A DNA stretch of 62,890 nt, counting the filler, from Octopus bimaculoides (taxonomy: Eukaryota), in the NCBI RefSeq assembly GCF_001194135.2. It is 7 parts of 7 records of this genome, joined end to end, with 100 filler letters (N's around TTAATTAATTAA, not from the genome) between each part and the next. Parts side by side here need not be neighbours in the genome. Positions count along the whole stretch, not along the records: positions 48,905 to 55,384 come from NC_068991.1; positions 55,485 to 59,409 come from NC_069005.1; positions 59,510 to 60,803 come from NC_068995.1; positions 60,904 to 62,890 come from NC_068988.1; 3 more parts are not named here. The stretch is one strand, 5' to 3'. Below are positions 48,905-61,728 of the stretch, piece after piece. The notes under the pieces are model-generated. The model ran no database searches, was not told the DNA's origin, and saw only the letters and a program-made list of their open reading frames with translations. Position 1 is the stretch's first letter; every line of letters begins with the position of its first letter. A program made the position numbers and the translations under genes.

Positions 48905-51900
48905 TTTCCGTTAGTTTCCGTTATTTTCCGTTACTTTCCGTTAATTCCCGTTGGTTTCCGTTAGTTTCCATTACTTTTCGTTAGTTTCCGTTAGTTTCCG
49001 TTACTTTCCGATAGTTTCCGTTAGTTTCCGTTAGTTTCCATTACTTTCCGTTACCTGACGTTAGTTTCCTTTCTTTCCGTTAGTTCCCGTTAGTTTCCGT
49101 TACTTTTCGTTAGTTTCCGCTAGTTTTCATTAGTTTCCGTTAGTTTCCGTTGCTTTCCGTTAGTTTCCGTTATTTTCGTTAGTTCCCGTTACTTTCCGTT
49201 ATTTTACGTAACTTCTCAATGGTTTCCGTTAGTTTCCGTTAACTTCCGTTAGTTTCCGTTATTTCAGTTATGTGCCGTTAGTTTCCGTTAGTTTCCGTTA
49301 CTTTTACCTAGTTTCCGCTCGTTTCCGTTAGTTTCCGTTGCCTTCTGTTAGTTTCCGTTAACTTCCATTACTTCCCGTTAGTTTCGCTTACTTTTTGCTA
49401 ATATCCGTTAGTTTCCGTTACTTTCCGTTAGTTCCCGTTGATTTCCGTTGGTTTCCGTTACTGTCCGTTAGTTTCCTTTAGTTTCCGTGAGTTTCCGTGA
49501 GTTTCCGTGAGTTNNNNNNNNNNAAGTTTCTGTTACTTTCCGTTACTTTTCGTTAGATTCCGTTACTTTCCGTTTGTTTCCGTTACTTTCCATTACTTTC
49601 CGTTAGTTCCCGTTACTTTCCGTTAATTCCCGTTGGTTTCCGTTAGTTTCCATTACTTTCCGTTACCTGTCGTTAGTTTCCATTATTTCCGTTAGATCCC
49701 GTTAGTTTCCGTAAGTTTCCGTTAGTTTCCGTTACTTTCCGATAGTTTCCGTTAGTTTCCGTTAGTTTCCATTACTTTCCGTTACCTGGCGTTAGTCTCC
49801 TTTCTTTCCGTTAGTTCCCGTTAGTTTCCGTTACTTTTCGTTAGTTTCCGCTAGTTTCCATTAGTTTCCGTTAGTTTCCGTTGCTTTCCGCTAGTTTCCG
49901 TTATTTCCGTTATTACCCGTTAGTTTCCGTTACTTTTACTTAGTTTCCGCTCGTTTCCGTTAGTTTCCGTTACTTTCTGTTAGTTTCCGTTAACTTCCAT
50001 TACTTCCCGTTAGTTTCCGTTACTTTTCGTTCCTGTTCGTTATTTTCCGTTACTTTCCGTTAGTTTCGGTTAGTTTCGCTTACTTTATGTTAATATCCGT
50101 TAGTTTCCGTTACTTTCCGTTAGTNNNNNNNNNNGTTTCCGTTACTTTTCGTTCCTGTTCGTTATTTTCCGTTACTTTCCGTTAGTTTCGGTTAGTTTCG
50201 CTTACTTTATGTTAATATCCGTTAGTTTCCGTTACTTTCCGTTAGTTCCCGTTAATTTCCGTTGGTTTCCCTTACTGTCCGTTAGTTTCCTTTAGTTTCC
50301 GTGAGTTTCCGTTCGGTTCCGTTACTTTCCGTTAGTTTCCGTTAATTTCCGTTAATTTCCGTCAGTTTCCGTGACTTTCCTTAGTTTCCGTTAGTTTGCG
50401 TTAGTTTTACGTTAGTTTCCGTTAGTTTCCGTTAGTTTTCGTTACTTTCCGTTAGTTTCCATTATTTTCCGTTAGGTATCGTAACTTTCCATTAGGTTCC
50501 GTTTGTTTCCGTAAGTTTCTGTTAGATTCCGTTACTTTCCGTTACTTTTCGTTAGTTTCCGTTACTTTCCGTTTGTTTCCGTTACTTTCCGTTACTTTCC
50601 GTTTGTTTCCGTTAGTTTCCGTTAGTTTCCGTTACATTCTGCTACTCTCCGTTAGTTTCCGTTATTTTCCGTTGCTTTTCGTTAGTAGGAGCAACAGAGA
50701 GAGGAGCAAAAATGATAGGAGCAAGTTAGAGAGAGGAACGAGATTGGCGGGAGAGAGTGTGGAGGAAGATGGAGAGGAGCAAGAGAGAATGAGGAGGGAG
50801 AGAGGTGCGAGAGAGAGAGAGAAGCAAGGGAAAGAGAGGAGCGAGAGAGAGAAAACAGCGAGAGAAGGAGAGGAGTGAGAGAGAGAGAAGAGCGAGTGAT
50901 CGAGGAGCGAAAGATAGAGAGTGGAGCAAGTGAGAGAGTCTGAGAGAGAGAGTCTGAGAGGGAGGGAGAGTCAGAGAGAGAGAGTGTCTGAGAGAGAGAG
51001 AAAGAGATAGAGAGTGAGAGAGAGAGAGAGAGAGACAGAGAGAGACAGACAGACAGAGAGAGAGTGAGATAGAGAGGGAGTGGATTGGGAGAGAGAAGAC
51101 CGAGAGAGAGGAGCGAGAGAGAGAGGAGCGAGAGAGAGAGGAACGAGAGAGAGAGATGAGCGAAAAAGAGAGGAACGAGAGAGAGAGGAGAGAGAGCGAG
51201 AGGAGCGAGAGCGAGAGGAGCGAGAGCGAGAGGAGCGAGAGCGAGAGGAGCGAGAGCGAGAGAGGAGCGAGAGGAGGGAGAGAGAGAGAAGTGGGAGAAA
51301 GAGAACAGGGAGAGAGAGAGCGCCGCGAAAGAGAGAGAAGAGTGAGAGAGGGAGCGCAGCAAAAGAGAGAGGAGCGAGAAAGAGAGAAGTGCGAGAGGAG
51401 GGAGAGAGAGAGAAGTGGGAGAGAGAGAAGAGGGAGAGAGAGAAGAGGGAGAGAGAGAAGAGGGAGAGAGAGAAGAGGGAGAGAGAGAAGAGGGAAAGAG
51501 AGAAGAGGGAAAGAGAGAAGAGGGAGAGAGAGCGCCGCGAAAGAGAGAGAAGACTGGGAGAGGGAGCGCAGCAAAAGAGAGAGGAGCGAGAGAGACAGAG
51601 AAGAGCAAGAGAGAGGAGCATACATATTAACGTAGGCACCTACGTACATCCCTCTCTCTCGAGAGAGGGAGACAGAGAGACAGAAATACAGAGAGACAGA
51701 AATACAGAGAGACAGAAATACAGAGAGACAGAGACAGAGACAGGGAGATAGAGATTGCGCGAAACAGAGAGTGGCTGAGAGAGAGAGACATAGAGGGCGA
51801 GAAAGAGTTAGTTTCCGTTAGTTTCCGTTTGATTCCGTTAGTTTCCGTTAGTTCCCGTTAGTTNNNNNNNNNNNNNNNNNNNNNNNNNNNNNNNNNNNNN

Positions 51901-53811
51901 NNNNNNNNNNNNNNNNNNNNNNNNNNNNNNNNNNNNNNNNNNNNNNNNNNNNNNNNNNNNNNNNNNNNNNNNNNNNNNNNNNNNNNNNNNNNNNNNNNNN
52001 NNNNNNNNNNNNNNNNNNNNNNNNNNNNNNNNNNNNNNNNNNNNNNNNNNNNNNNNNNNNNNNNNNNNNNNNNNNNNNNNNNNNNNNNNNNNNNNNNNNN
52101 NNNNNNNNNNNNNNNNNNNNNNNNNNNNNNNNNNNNNNNNNNNNNNNNNNNNNNNNNNNNNNNNNNNNNNNNNNNNNNNNNNNNNNNNNNNNNNNNNNNN
52201 NNNNNNNNNNNNNNNNNNNNNNNNNNNNNNNNNNNNNNNNNNNNNNNNNNNNNNNNNNNNNNNNNNNNNNNNNNNNNNNNNNNNNNNNNNNNNNNNNNNN
52301 NNNNNNNNNNNNNNNNNNNNNNNNNNNNNNNNNNNNNNNNNNNNNNNNNNNNNNNNNNNNNNNNNNNNNNNNNNNNNNNNNNNNNNNNNNNNNNNNNNNN
52401 NNNNNNNNNNNNNNNNNNNNNNNNNNNNNNNNNNNNNNNNNNNNNNNNNNNNNNNNNNNNNNNNNNNNNNNNNNNNNNNNNNNNNNNNNNNNNNNNNNNN
52501 NNNNNNNNNNNNNNNNNNNNNNNNNNNNNNNNNNNNNNNNNCGAGAGAGAGAGAGAGGACCGAGAGAGAGAGAGAGGACCGAGAGAGAGAGAGAGGACCG
52601 AGAGAGAGAGAGAGGAGCGAGAGAGAGAGAGAGGAGCGAGAGAGAGGAACGAGAGAGAGAGATGAGCGAGAAAGAGAGGAACGAGAGAGAGAGGAGCGAG
52701 AGAGGAACGATACAGAGAGAGCAGAGCGAGAGAGAGAGGAGCGAGTGAGAGAGAAGTGCGAGAGGAGGGAGAGAGAGAGAAGTGGGAGAGAGAGAAGAGG
52801 GAGAGAGAGAAGAGGGAGAGAGAGAAGAGGGAGAGAGTGAAGAGGGAGAGAGAGAAGAGGGAGAGAGAGAAGAGGGAAAGAGTGAAGAGGGAGAGAGAGC
52901 GCCGCGAAAGAGAGAGAAGACTGGGAGAGGGAGCGCAGCAAAAGAGAGAGGAGCGAGAGAGACAGAGAAGAGCAAGAGAGAGGAGCATACATATTAACGT
53001 AGGCACCTACGTACATCCATCTCTCTCGAGAGAGAGCGAGACAGAGAGACAGAAATACAGAGAGACAGAAATACAGAGAGACAGAAATACAGAGAGACAG
53101 AAACAGGGAGATAACGATTGAGCGAAACAGAGAGAGACTGAGAGAGAGAGAGAGACATAGAGGGCGAGAAAGAGTTAGTTTCCGTTAGTTTCCGTTAGCT
53201 TCCGTTAGTTTCTTTTGTCTTACGTTAGTTTCCGTTCTTTTCCGTAAGTTTCCCTTAGTTTCCGTTAGGATCCGATTGTTTCCGTTACTTTGCGTTAATT
53301 TCCGTTAGTTTCCGTTAGTTTCCATTGGTTTCCGTTACTTTCCGTTTGTTTCCGTTACTTTCCGTTTGTTTCCTTTAGTTTCCGTTACTTTCCGTTACTT
53401 TCCGTTACTTTCGGTTAGTTTCCGTTACTTTCTGTTACTTTGCGTTAGTTTCCGTTGCTCTTCGTTAGTAAAAGCGGTAGAGAGAGAGGAGCAACAGAGA
53501 GAGGAGCAAAAATGATAGGAGCAAGTTAGAGAGAGGAACGAGATAGGAGCAAGAGAGTGTGGAGGAAGAGGGAGAGGAACAAGAGAGAATGAGGAGAGAA
53601 AGAGGAGCGAGAGAGAGAAAGAGGAGCGAGAGAGAGAAATAGGAGCGAGAGAGAGAGAGGAGCGAGAGAGAGAGGAGCAAGGGAAAGAGAGGAGCGAGGG
53701 ACAGAGAGGAGCGAGAGAGAGAAAAGAGCGACAGAAAGAGAGGAGTGAGAGAGAGAGAAGAGCGAGTGATGGAGGAGCGAAAGAGAGAGTGTGGAGCAAG
53801 TGAGAGAGTCT

Positions 53812-53843
<32 letters not shown>

Positions 53844-54034
53844 GTGAGATAGAGAGAGAGTGGAGTGGGAGAGAGAGGACCAAGAGAGAGAGAAGCGAGA
53901 GAGAGAGGAACGATACAGAGCGAGCAGAGTGAGAGAGAAGTGCGAGAGGAGGAAGAGAGAGAAGTGTGAGAGAGAGAACAGGGAGAGAGAGCGCGTCGAA
54001 AGAGGGAGAAGAGTGAGAGAGGGAGCGCAGCAAA

Positions 54035-54095
<61 letters not shown>

Positions 54096-55384
54096 TAGAG
54101 GGCGAGAAAGAGTTAGTTTCCGTTAGTTTCCGTTAGTTTCCGTTATTTTCCGTTTGTTTCCGTTATTTTCTGTTATTTTCCATTAGTTTCCGTTAGTTTC
54201 CCTTACGATCCGTTGCCTTACGTTAGTTTCCGTTACTTTCCGTTAGTTTCCGTTAGTTTCCGTTACTTTATGTTAGTTCCCGTTAGTTTCCGTTACTTTT
54301 CGTTAGTTCCCGTTAGTTTCCGTTAATTCCCGTTGGTTTCCGTTAGTTTCCATTACTTTCCGTTACCTGTCGTTAGTTTCCTTTATTTCCGTTAGATCCC
54401 TTTAGTTTCCGTTAGTTTCCGTTACTTTTCGTTAGTTTCCGTTAGCTTGCGTTACTTTCCGATAGTTTCCAATAGTTTCCGTTAGTTTGCATTACTTTCC
54501 GTTACCTGACGTTAGTTTCCTTTCTTTTCGTTAGTTTCCGTTAGTTTCCGTTACTTTTCGTTAGTTTCCGCTAGTTTCCATTAGTTTCCGTTAGTTTCCG
54601 TTGCTTTCCGTTATTTCCATTAGTTCCCGTTAGTTTCCGTCAGTTTCCGTTATTTTCGTTAGTTTCCGTTACTTTCCGTTATTTTACGTTACTTCTCAAT
54701 AGTTTCCGTTAGTTTCCGTTAACTTCCGTTAGTTTCCGTTAGTTTCCGTTACTTTTACTTAGTTTCCGCTCGTTTCCGTTAGTTTCCGTTACCTTCTGTT
54801 AGTTTCCATTAACTTCCATTACTTCCCGTTAGTTTCGCTTACTTTCTGTTAATATCTGTTAGTTTCCGTTACTTTCCGTTAGTTCCCGTTGATTTCCGTT
54901 GGTTTCCGTTACTGTCCGTTAATTTCCGTCAGTTTCCGTGACTTTCCTTAGTTTCCGTCAGTTTCCGTGACTTTCCTTAGTTTCCGTTAGTTTCCGTTAG
55001 TTTTCGTTAATTTCCGTTAGTTTCCATTACTTTCCGTTAGGCATCGTTACTTTCCATTAGGTTCCGTTTGTTTCCGTAAGTTTCTGTTACTTTCCGTTAC
55101 TTTTCGTTAGATTCCGTTACTTTCCGTTTGCTTCCGTTAGTTTCCATTACTTTCCGTTAGTTCCCGTTACTTTCCGTTAATTCCCGTTGGTTTCCGTTAG
55201 TTTCCATTACTTTCCGTTAGTTTCCGTTAGTTTCCGTTACTTTTACTTAGTTTCCGCTCGTTTCCGTTAGTTTCCGTTACTTTCTGTTAGTTTCCGTTAA
55301 CTTCCATTACTTCCCGTTAGTTTCCGTTACTTTTCGTTCCTTTTCGTTATTTTCCGTTACTTTCCGTTAGTTTCGGTTAGTTTC
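48905..55384. repeat. Compound satellite: (GTTAGTTTCC/GTTACTTTCC)n arrays alternating with AG-rich blocks, with higher-order structure
   Basis: 10-mer arrays at 48905-50684, 51808-51863, 53176-53466 and 54113-55384; AG-rich blocks at 50685-51807, 52542-53175 and 53467-54112 share junction sequences. Confidence 0.95.
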
Positions 55385-55609
55385 NNNNNNNNNNNNNNNN
55401 NNNNNNNNNNNNNNNNNNNNNNNNNNNNTTAATTAATTAANNNNNNNNNNNNNNNNNNNNNNNNNNNNNNNNNNNNNNNNNNNNAGATGATTTCCAGAAC
55501 GAAATGAATACACGTGCTATTAGCAACTCGCCATCTTGTATATATATTGTATATATATGCATACATATATATTATATACATATATGTATACACATATATT
55601 ATATACAAG

Positions 55610-55840
55610 GCGGCGAGCTGGCAGAAACGTTAGCACGCCGGACGAAATGCTTAGCGGTATTTCGTCTGCCGCTACGTTCTGAGTTCAAATTCCTCCGGGG
55701 TCGACTTTGCCTTTCATCCTTTCGGGGGTCGATTAAATAAGTACCAGTTACGCACTGGGGTCGATATAATCGACTTAATCCGTTTGTCTGTCCTTGTTTG
55801 TCCCCTCTGTGTGTAGCCCTTTGTGGGTAGTAAAAAAAAT
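55610..55840 (+). mobile_element. Young full-length SINE family A
   Basis: GGCGAGCTGGCAGAAACGTTAG..GAGTTCAAATTCC; near-identical to the reverse complement of 41140-41375. Confidence 0.88.
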
Positions 55841-55966
55841 AACACATATATGCTATATCGGTATATGTATGTTTAATAACAACAATTGGGTGGAATTTAT
55901 AAACATTTAATGCATCGCTATGCGCGTTTCCCCTAATCACATTATCTCTGAAAATCACAGTCCGTG

Positions 55967-55999
<33 letters not shown>

Positions 56000-56028
56000 A
56001 CATACACATTATATATAAATATATGTAC

Positions 56029-56092
<64 letters not shown>

Positions 56093-56199
56093 AATTCAAA
56101 CATGATCAAGCAAGAAAAAGCACGAAAAGACAACAACGCGAGGACATGGAATAAGTACAATGTTATTGGACGCTCAGGGAAGGAAAGAAAAGAAAGACG

Positions 56200-56234
56200 A
56201 TTTCACGTTTCGAGCGGAGCTCTTCGTCAGAAAT
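56200..56234 (-). ncRNA. Minimal type-I hammerhead motif (Penelope-associated type) with G at the cleavage position
   Basis: AUUU-CUGACGA-A-GAGC(UCC)GCUC-GAAA-CGU-G-AAAU, within a short repeat at about 56090-56270; a related start lies at 58165-58235. Confidence 0.62.
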
Positions 56235-57669
56235 ATAGGAAAAGTCCAAAGAAGGGAAGACAGACAAATAAAATCGCCAATGATGCACACGCGGTCACAT
56301 ATATGTATGTATACACACATACCTATATTTACGTGTGTTTGTGTGCATGCGTATGTATACGTGTATATATATGTATATATATGTGTATATATATATGTAT
56401 ATACATATATGTGTGTGTGTGGTTGTGTGTGTAAATACATAGGTATACGTACACACACATGCACTGTTTGTGGCTTGTTTTGGTCCTTCCGATGAAAGAT
56501 GTGATGAAAAATAAACCGTTCGAGACTGTCTGACAGTTGCATGTATCACATTCGTTCGCTAGATAGTATGTGTAAGTTTCGTGGCTTTTCTGAGTGTTTG
56601 TAATTTCATTTAGCTTATTGTTTAATTAAGACTGTTAAAGTGTAATATCCTTATCGTTTTACTTAATTCTGTTTCAATCGTTGTTAAGACACCGATTTAG
56701 TATACAGTTGTTCGCGTTTGTTTATTCCTGTTATTTAATTTCGTGTGTTAATCACTAGTTGAATGTTTGTTAAACCCTATTGTTTTTTTTTCCGCACTTA
56801 CTTTTAATCTTTCCCTAGCTAGATTATAAGCATTCACTACGTTAGTCTCAGTGGTAAAAGCGACGCGTGTGTTTGAACGTTGGTATAATTATGGTTCCGT
56901 AATTTTCAACGTGTTGATTTTAATTTAATTGTTTGGTTGTATAGTAACACTTTGTAATGTTATTTTTCTTTTCATTTATTCCGTCTCAGTAGTTTAGTTA
57001 GCAATAGTTGTTTTATTCCTTTCATTTAATTGTCTTTATTGAACATAAGTCTATCGTTTGCTCTCTTCTCATTTCAGTTAAAGCAATATGTTTTTTGCTA
57101 ATATTCTGGTTCCATGCAGATTGTTTAACATTTTCCATTGTTCTCCGTTTGGAAAGCTGTGTATGCTGTAATTTCCGGACACTATACTATCTTATGTGCA
57201 TGTTTTATGACTCGTAATTTCTGAGCAACGATGAAATATTTTTGTGTGGACAACGGTGGATCGAACGGTAGTTCTAGGTGTTGAAACAATAAGGATTTTT
57301 AATAGAGCAGCTGATGACGAGTTATCTATATCCGCTTACATTAAAATTGCTGTTTAATTACATTAAAACTGCTGTTATTGTGATGTGTATGTAGTTATTT
57401 ATCTAAGTTGCCATTTGGGTTCAATCTGTTGTATGCTTTTAATCGTATTGATTGTTATCCCAGTGCTTTTAGAGTTCTCCTACTGTCTGGTATGGAACTA
57501 GGTCTATTTATATTGTTTCCTGTGCTCTTTCATTTTATGTTCAGTTTTTTTAAGGGCCTTATATTTAAACGGATTTTAATGGAAGTTTTTATTTCGTTTT
57601 TATTTATAGTACATCATCATTTACTATAATAAAAATTATTGGGTTAAATATTAGCCAGTTAGTACGTTA

Positions 57670-58050
57670 TGGTGGACATATGACTTAAATCTCATTCGCG
57701 GACCCATGAAAAATGAACCTCTACCAACTACTGTGCCTGTTTATCTGTGCATACCTGTCAATGCCTTGTATGCCATAAGGTCTTCAAATCTGAGGCCTCA
57801 AAAGACATTTTAAAATCCACATAAATCAGAACATAACTGCAGCTGTTGTTGGTCCAAAGCAGATATGAAATTTATGTGGTTGTATTTTCAATACATTGGT
57901 TTAAAAAGCCACATTAGGCGACATGATAGATCTAAGGTATAAGTACAAGATGGGGTCAAACTCTGCATAAGGAGACAACTACCATGTTTTTTAGTATGTA
58001 TGTATGTATGTATGTATGTATGTATGTATGTATGTATGTATGTATGTGCG
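57670..58050 (+). mobile_element. Probable LINE (RTE-like) 3' end with a C2H2 relic and (TATG)n tail
   Basis: C.VCHKVFKSE(fs)GLKRHFKIH at about 57760-57820; (TATG)n at about 57995-58045. Confidence 0.5.
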
Positions 58051-58110
58051 TGTGTATGTATATATGTATGTATGAATGCATGTGTGTACGAATGCATGTA
58101 TGCATATATG

Positions 58111-58149
<39 letters not shown>

Positions 58150-58612
58150 ATATATATATATATATGGGAGAATGTACGAAAAAACAACAACAGACGAGGA
58201 CAGGTGGTGTAAATAACAAAAGGATGTATTAGTATATATNNNNNNNNNNNNNNNNNNNNNNNNNNNNNNNNNNNNNNNNNNNNNNNNNNNNNNNNNNNNN
58301 NNNNNNNNNNNNNNNNNNNNNNNNNNNNNNNNNNNNNNNNNNNNNNNNNNNNNNNNNNNNNNNNNNNNNNNNNNNNNNNNNNNNNNNNNTATATATATAT
58401 ATATATATATCCATTCATACACACACATACACACGCACACACACATATATATATATGTATGTCTGAGGCTGTGTGGTAAGAGGCTTGCTTCCCAAACTCA
58501 TAGTTCCGGGTTCAGTCCCATATATATATATATGTGTGTGTGTGTGTGCGTGTGAGTTTGGAGGAATACATCATCCGGACGGATACCGTGGTGACTCTCA
58601 GTTATGTTCCAG

Positions 58613-58920
58613 GCTACAGCTAACCACATCGATCAGTATTTAACGTTTTGCTCCGATGGTAATTCCGTGTTCGCTTCATTGGACAGTAATATTGTCAGGA
58701 GTATATATTAACAATAGTTATAACGATAGAGAACACGGAGACTTGTTAATTCCCAAAATTCACGTCCTCTTATTTTACAGTTTTTACAACATATTATTAT
58801 GGCCTTTATGACCTACACGTGTTTCCACTGCACAGATTACGGGAAGTTGCAGATGCAACTTGGAACGATTTTTGGTGCAGCTTCATCAGGATCTATCCAT
58901 TTGGCTAGTTTCGAAGTGAA
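58613..58920 (+). CDS. Candidate host-gene exon(s) of unknown product (58613-58658 and 58781/58836-58920)
   Basis: Canonical CAG acceptors and GTAATT/GTGAGT donors; 58781-58920 is open (FLQHIIMAFMTYTCFHCTDYGKLQMQLGTIFGAASSGSIHLASFEV). No homology recognised. Confidence 0.35.
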
Positions 58921-59279
58921 GTGAGTGGAGTTAGTTTTTTTGTTAGTTAGTGTTGGGGGCGAGGTGCGGTGGGGGTTATTTTGAAACTGAAATCTTATTT
59001 GTTTGTAGGCTTGTGCGGTTGACCTCAAATTCGCAGACGTGTGTCTACATGCCTGTTTGCTGTTTAGCTGCCTCTCTTAACACAGGCAATACACCCATGC
59101 GTATACACATAAGTACGGTATACACACACACACACACACACACACATGCATATATATGTGTGTATGTAAATGTATAGATACGTATATATACGGAGCGCTT
59201 TGACTCCTGTTTTTAGCAAAGTTTGTGTTTTTTAAAAAGTGCCCTTATATATATCTATTAATTTCGCCGATACGGTTTT

Positions 59280-59346
59280 AGCTTGCGGCCACTAACATTA
59301 AAATCTCTACTAACCCCAAGATTCCGAGTTCGATTCCAGGCAGTGA

Positions 59347-59385
<39 letters not shown>

Positions 59386-59410
59386 TAATAACATCGAAAA
59401 ATACCTTAGN
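59280..59410 (+). mobile_element. Partial tRNA-related SINE (B-box followed by (AAT)n), truncated by a gap
   Basis: GAGTTCGATTCCAGGCAG then (AAT)n. Confidence 0.4.
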
Positions 59411-60044
59411 NNNNNNNNNNNNNNNNNNNNNNNNNNNNNNNNNNNNNNNNNNNTTAATTAATTAANNNNNNNNNNNNNNNNNNNNNNNNNNNNNNNNNNN
59501 NNNNNNNNNATGCTTTTAGATTCTTTACATGTTTGTTTATACGTAAGCGAGTGTTTTAATTATCGCTAATTCAACCGATGAATCTGTGCACAAAAGTACG
59601 TGGTGTACGTATATCAATCGCTAAAAATTGTTTGAGTCATTCATACCAGCTTTTTGTTCGGGCGCCAAATGACAGGAAATAGTCTCTTCGCCATGTTACC
59701 CTCCATTACACCGGCCGTCTCTCAGTCTCTCATTGGTACACCAACATCAGTTTGTGTCGAAATATTCCCGATGTATTACCACCCAGATACAATATCAACA
59801 GATATTTTGATAATTTGAAACCTAAGAAGACCTCGTAGGCGATGTAAGACCTACAAGAAGTTTCGATATTACCCAATAAAGCTCGTTTTCATCCTCATTA
59901 ATATCTAATTTAGAGTGATATTTACCCTCGTTTATAAAGCGTTTATTGTGAAAAGTCTGCTCTCCGCCACTACATCACAAGACATTTTGCATTGTTCTTA
60001 TTAGAAACGGTTTTTAAACCGATGAAATCCCTCCCTGACCGCAG

Positions 60045-60263
60045 CCCTTTTGTTAACAATCTGCTTGAGACTGCGCTTGGTCCTGTGATATAAACTTTTC
60101 ATTTCAAAGTGATCTAAATTAAAGCCTTCCATCAAAGTTTCATGTTAATTTATGTTCCAAACAACAGTTTAATAACGACAAAGGTATTTTTATTAAATTC
60201 TTCCTTATTTTCAAAATTAATTTTAACTAAGTGTATTTAAACGGAACTATGATAACAAAAGGG
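60045..60263. mobile_element. piggyBac-like MITE, degenerate
   Basis: Termini CCCTTTTGTTAAC and GATAACAAAAGGG; a TTAA lies 1 nt from the right end only. Confidence 0.5.
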
Positions 60264-60644
60264 ATTAACGCCATACTAAGACATATTTCTTCGTCTTAGA
60301 TTTCTCCAGAATTATCGTCCGCATTACAGAAAGTTATTTGGCACCAAATTTGTCCATTATTTTCGCTGTGTCGTGATGGGAGATAAGTTGTTCTGGGAGG
60401 CGAAATTCAATGATATTCACTTCCTCTCTATCTCACTATCACCGTAAACGCTTTATTTTACCAATGTTCTTCATAGGCATTGTTACAGTACAGGGTGTCG
60501 AGCACAAACGCTTACACACAACCGACTGATACTCGCCAGAATCTCTCTAGACACCATACGACAAGTAATAATTATTTTCTTGCCAATTGTTCGTTTATTG
60601 TCCTTCTTTCTCACTCTTTCGTATCAAAACTATTCATACAGATC

Positions 60645-60800
60645 GTGGACACACAAGAAGCTTGTTCCCTAGCCATATGGCTCCGAGTTCAGTCCCACTG
60701 CGTGGCATCTCGGGCAAGTGTCTTCTACTATAACCTCGGGCCGACCAAAGCCTTGTGAGTGGATTTGGTGGACGCAAACAGAAAGAAGTCCATCGTATAT
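60645..60800 (+). mobile_element. SINE family B head
   Basis: GTTCAGTCCCACTGCGTGGCATCTCGGGCAAGTGTCTTCTAC. Confidence 0.8.
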
Positions 60801-60903
60801 ATANNNNNNNNNNNNNNNNNNNNNNNNNNNNNNNNNNNNNNNNNNNNTTAATTAATTAANNNNNNNNNNNNNNNNNNNNNNNNNNNNNNNNNNNNNNNNN
60901 NNN

Positions 60904-60936
<33 letters not shown>

Positions 60937-61695
60937 TATATATGTGTGTGTGTGAGTGTGTGTGAGTGTGTGTGTGTGTATGTTTATATGTATATTTATG
61001 AATGTGTATATATGTATCAATATGCATGTATGTATATATGTATATATATAAATGCATACATATATACATATATACATATATAAATACAAGTGTATATATG
61101 CATATGTACAAACGTATAAACAGACACACATACTCACATATATATACACACACAGCCTAGAATTACACGTTAATATATAAGTGCATCAAAGCCCCTAATA
61201 AAATAACCCCTATCAAGAAAAATCAACCTATACCAATGTAAGTAATCCCCACAAAATATGACTCCACAAACACTTTCCACTTACCAAGAATGAAGAACAA
61301 CTAAGAATAATGAGACTAAGATATAAAAATAATTGCGAACAAGTATACCAAATGAGGATACCTAGCATCAGCTGCCAAACGAATATCACTATGGTTTCGA
61401 CACCTGGGCTATACTATCCAACCTGGTGATGTTAACGGTGCTAAGAATATAAGCGCTGCTTAGGAATCCACCAGTTCATCTAAGGAAGCAGATAGATTTA
61501 ATTCATAGGTCTCAAATAAGACTTCTAAAAGAACTTATTCCAAAAACGGATCTCCAAGCAATACCACAAACATAGACTACTAGATATTTTCTTTCATAAT
61601 CTACCTTTCAGCCGACGTTGAGTTCTAGATACTTCATCAGGCCTGAGTACCAATATTCTGTACCTATAACACGCCATTTTTCATGTCTTCTTACC

Positions 61696-61728
<33 letters not shown>

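Noticed and set aside
48905-55384. Telomeric-repeat interpretation of the TTAG-containing satellite
   Set aside because: The unit is a 10-mer lacking TTAGG(G), is internal to the window and is interleaved with AG blocks.
61609-61645. Minus-strand CAGGC-CTGATGA..CAA-CGTC-GGCTG hammerhead-like relic
   Set aside because: Stem I (4/5) and a GUC site are present, but the GAAA core is missing and stem II is not formed; at best a dead relic.
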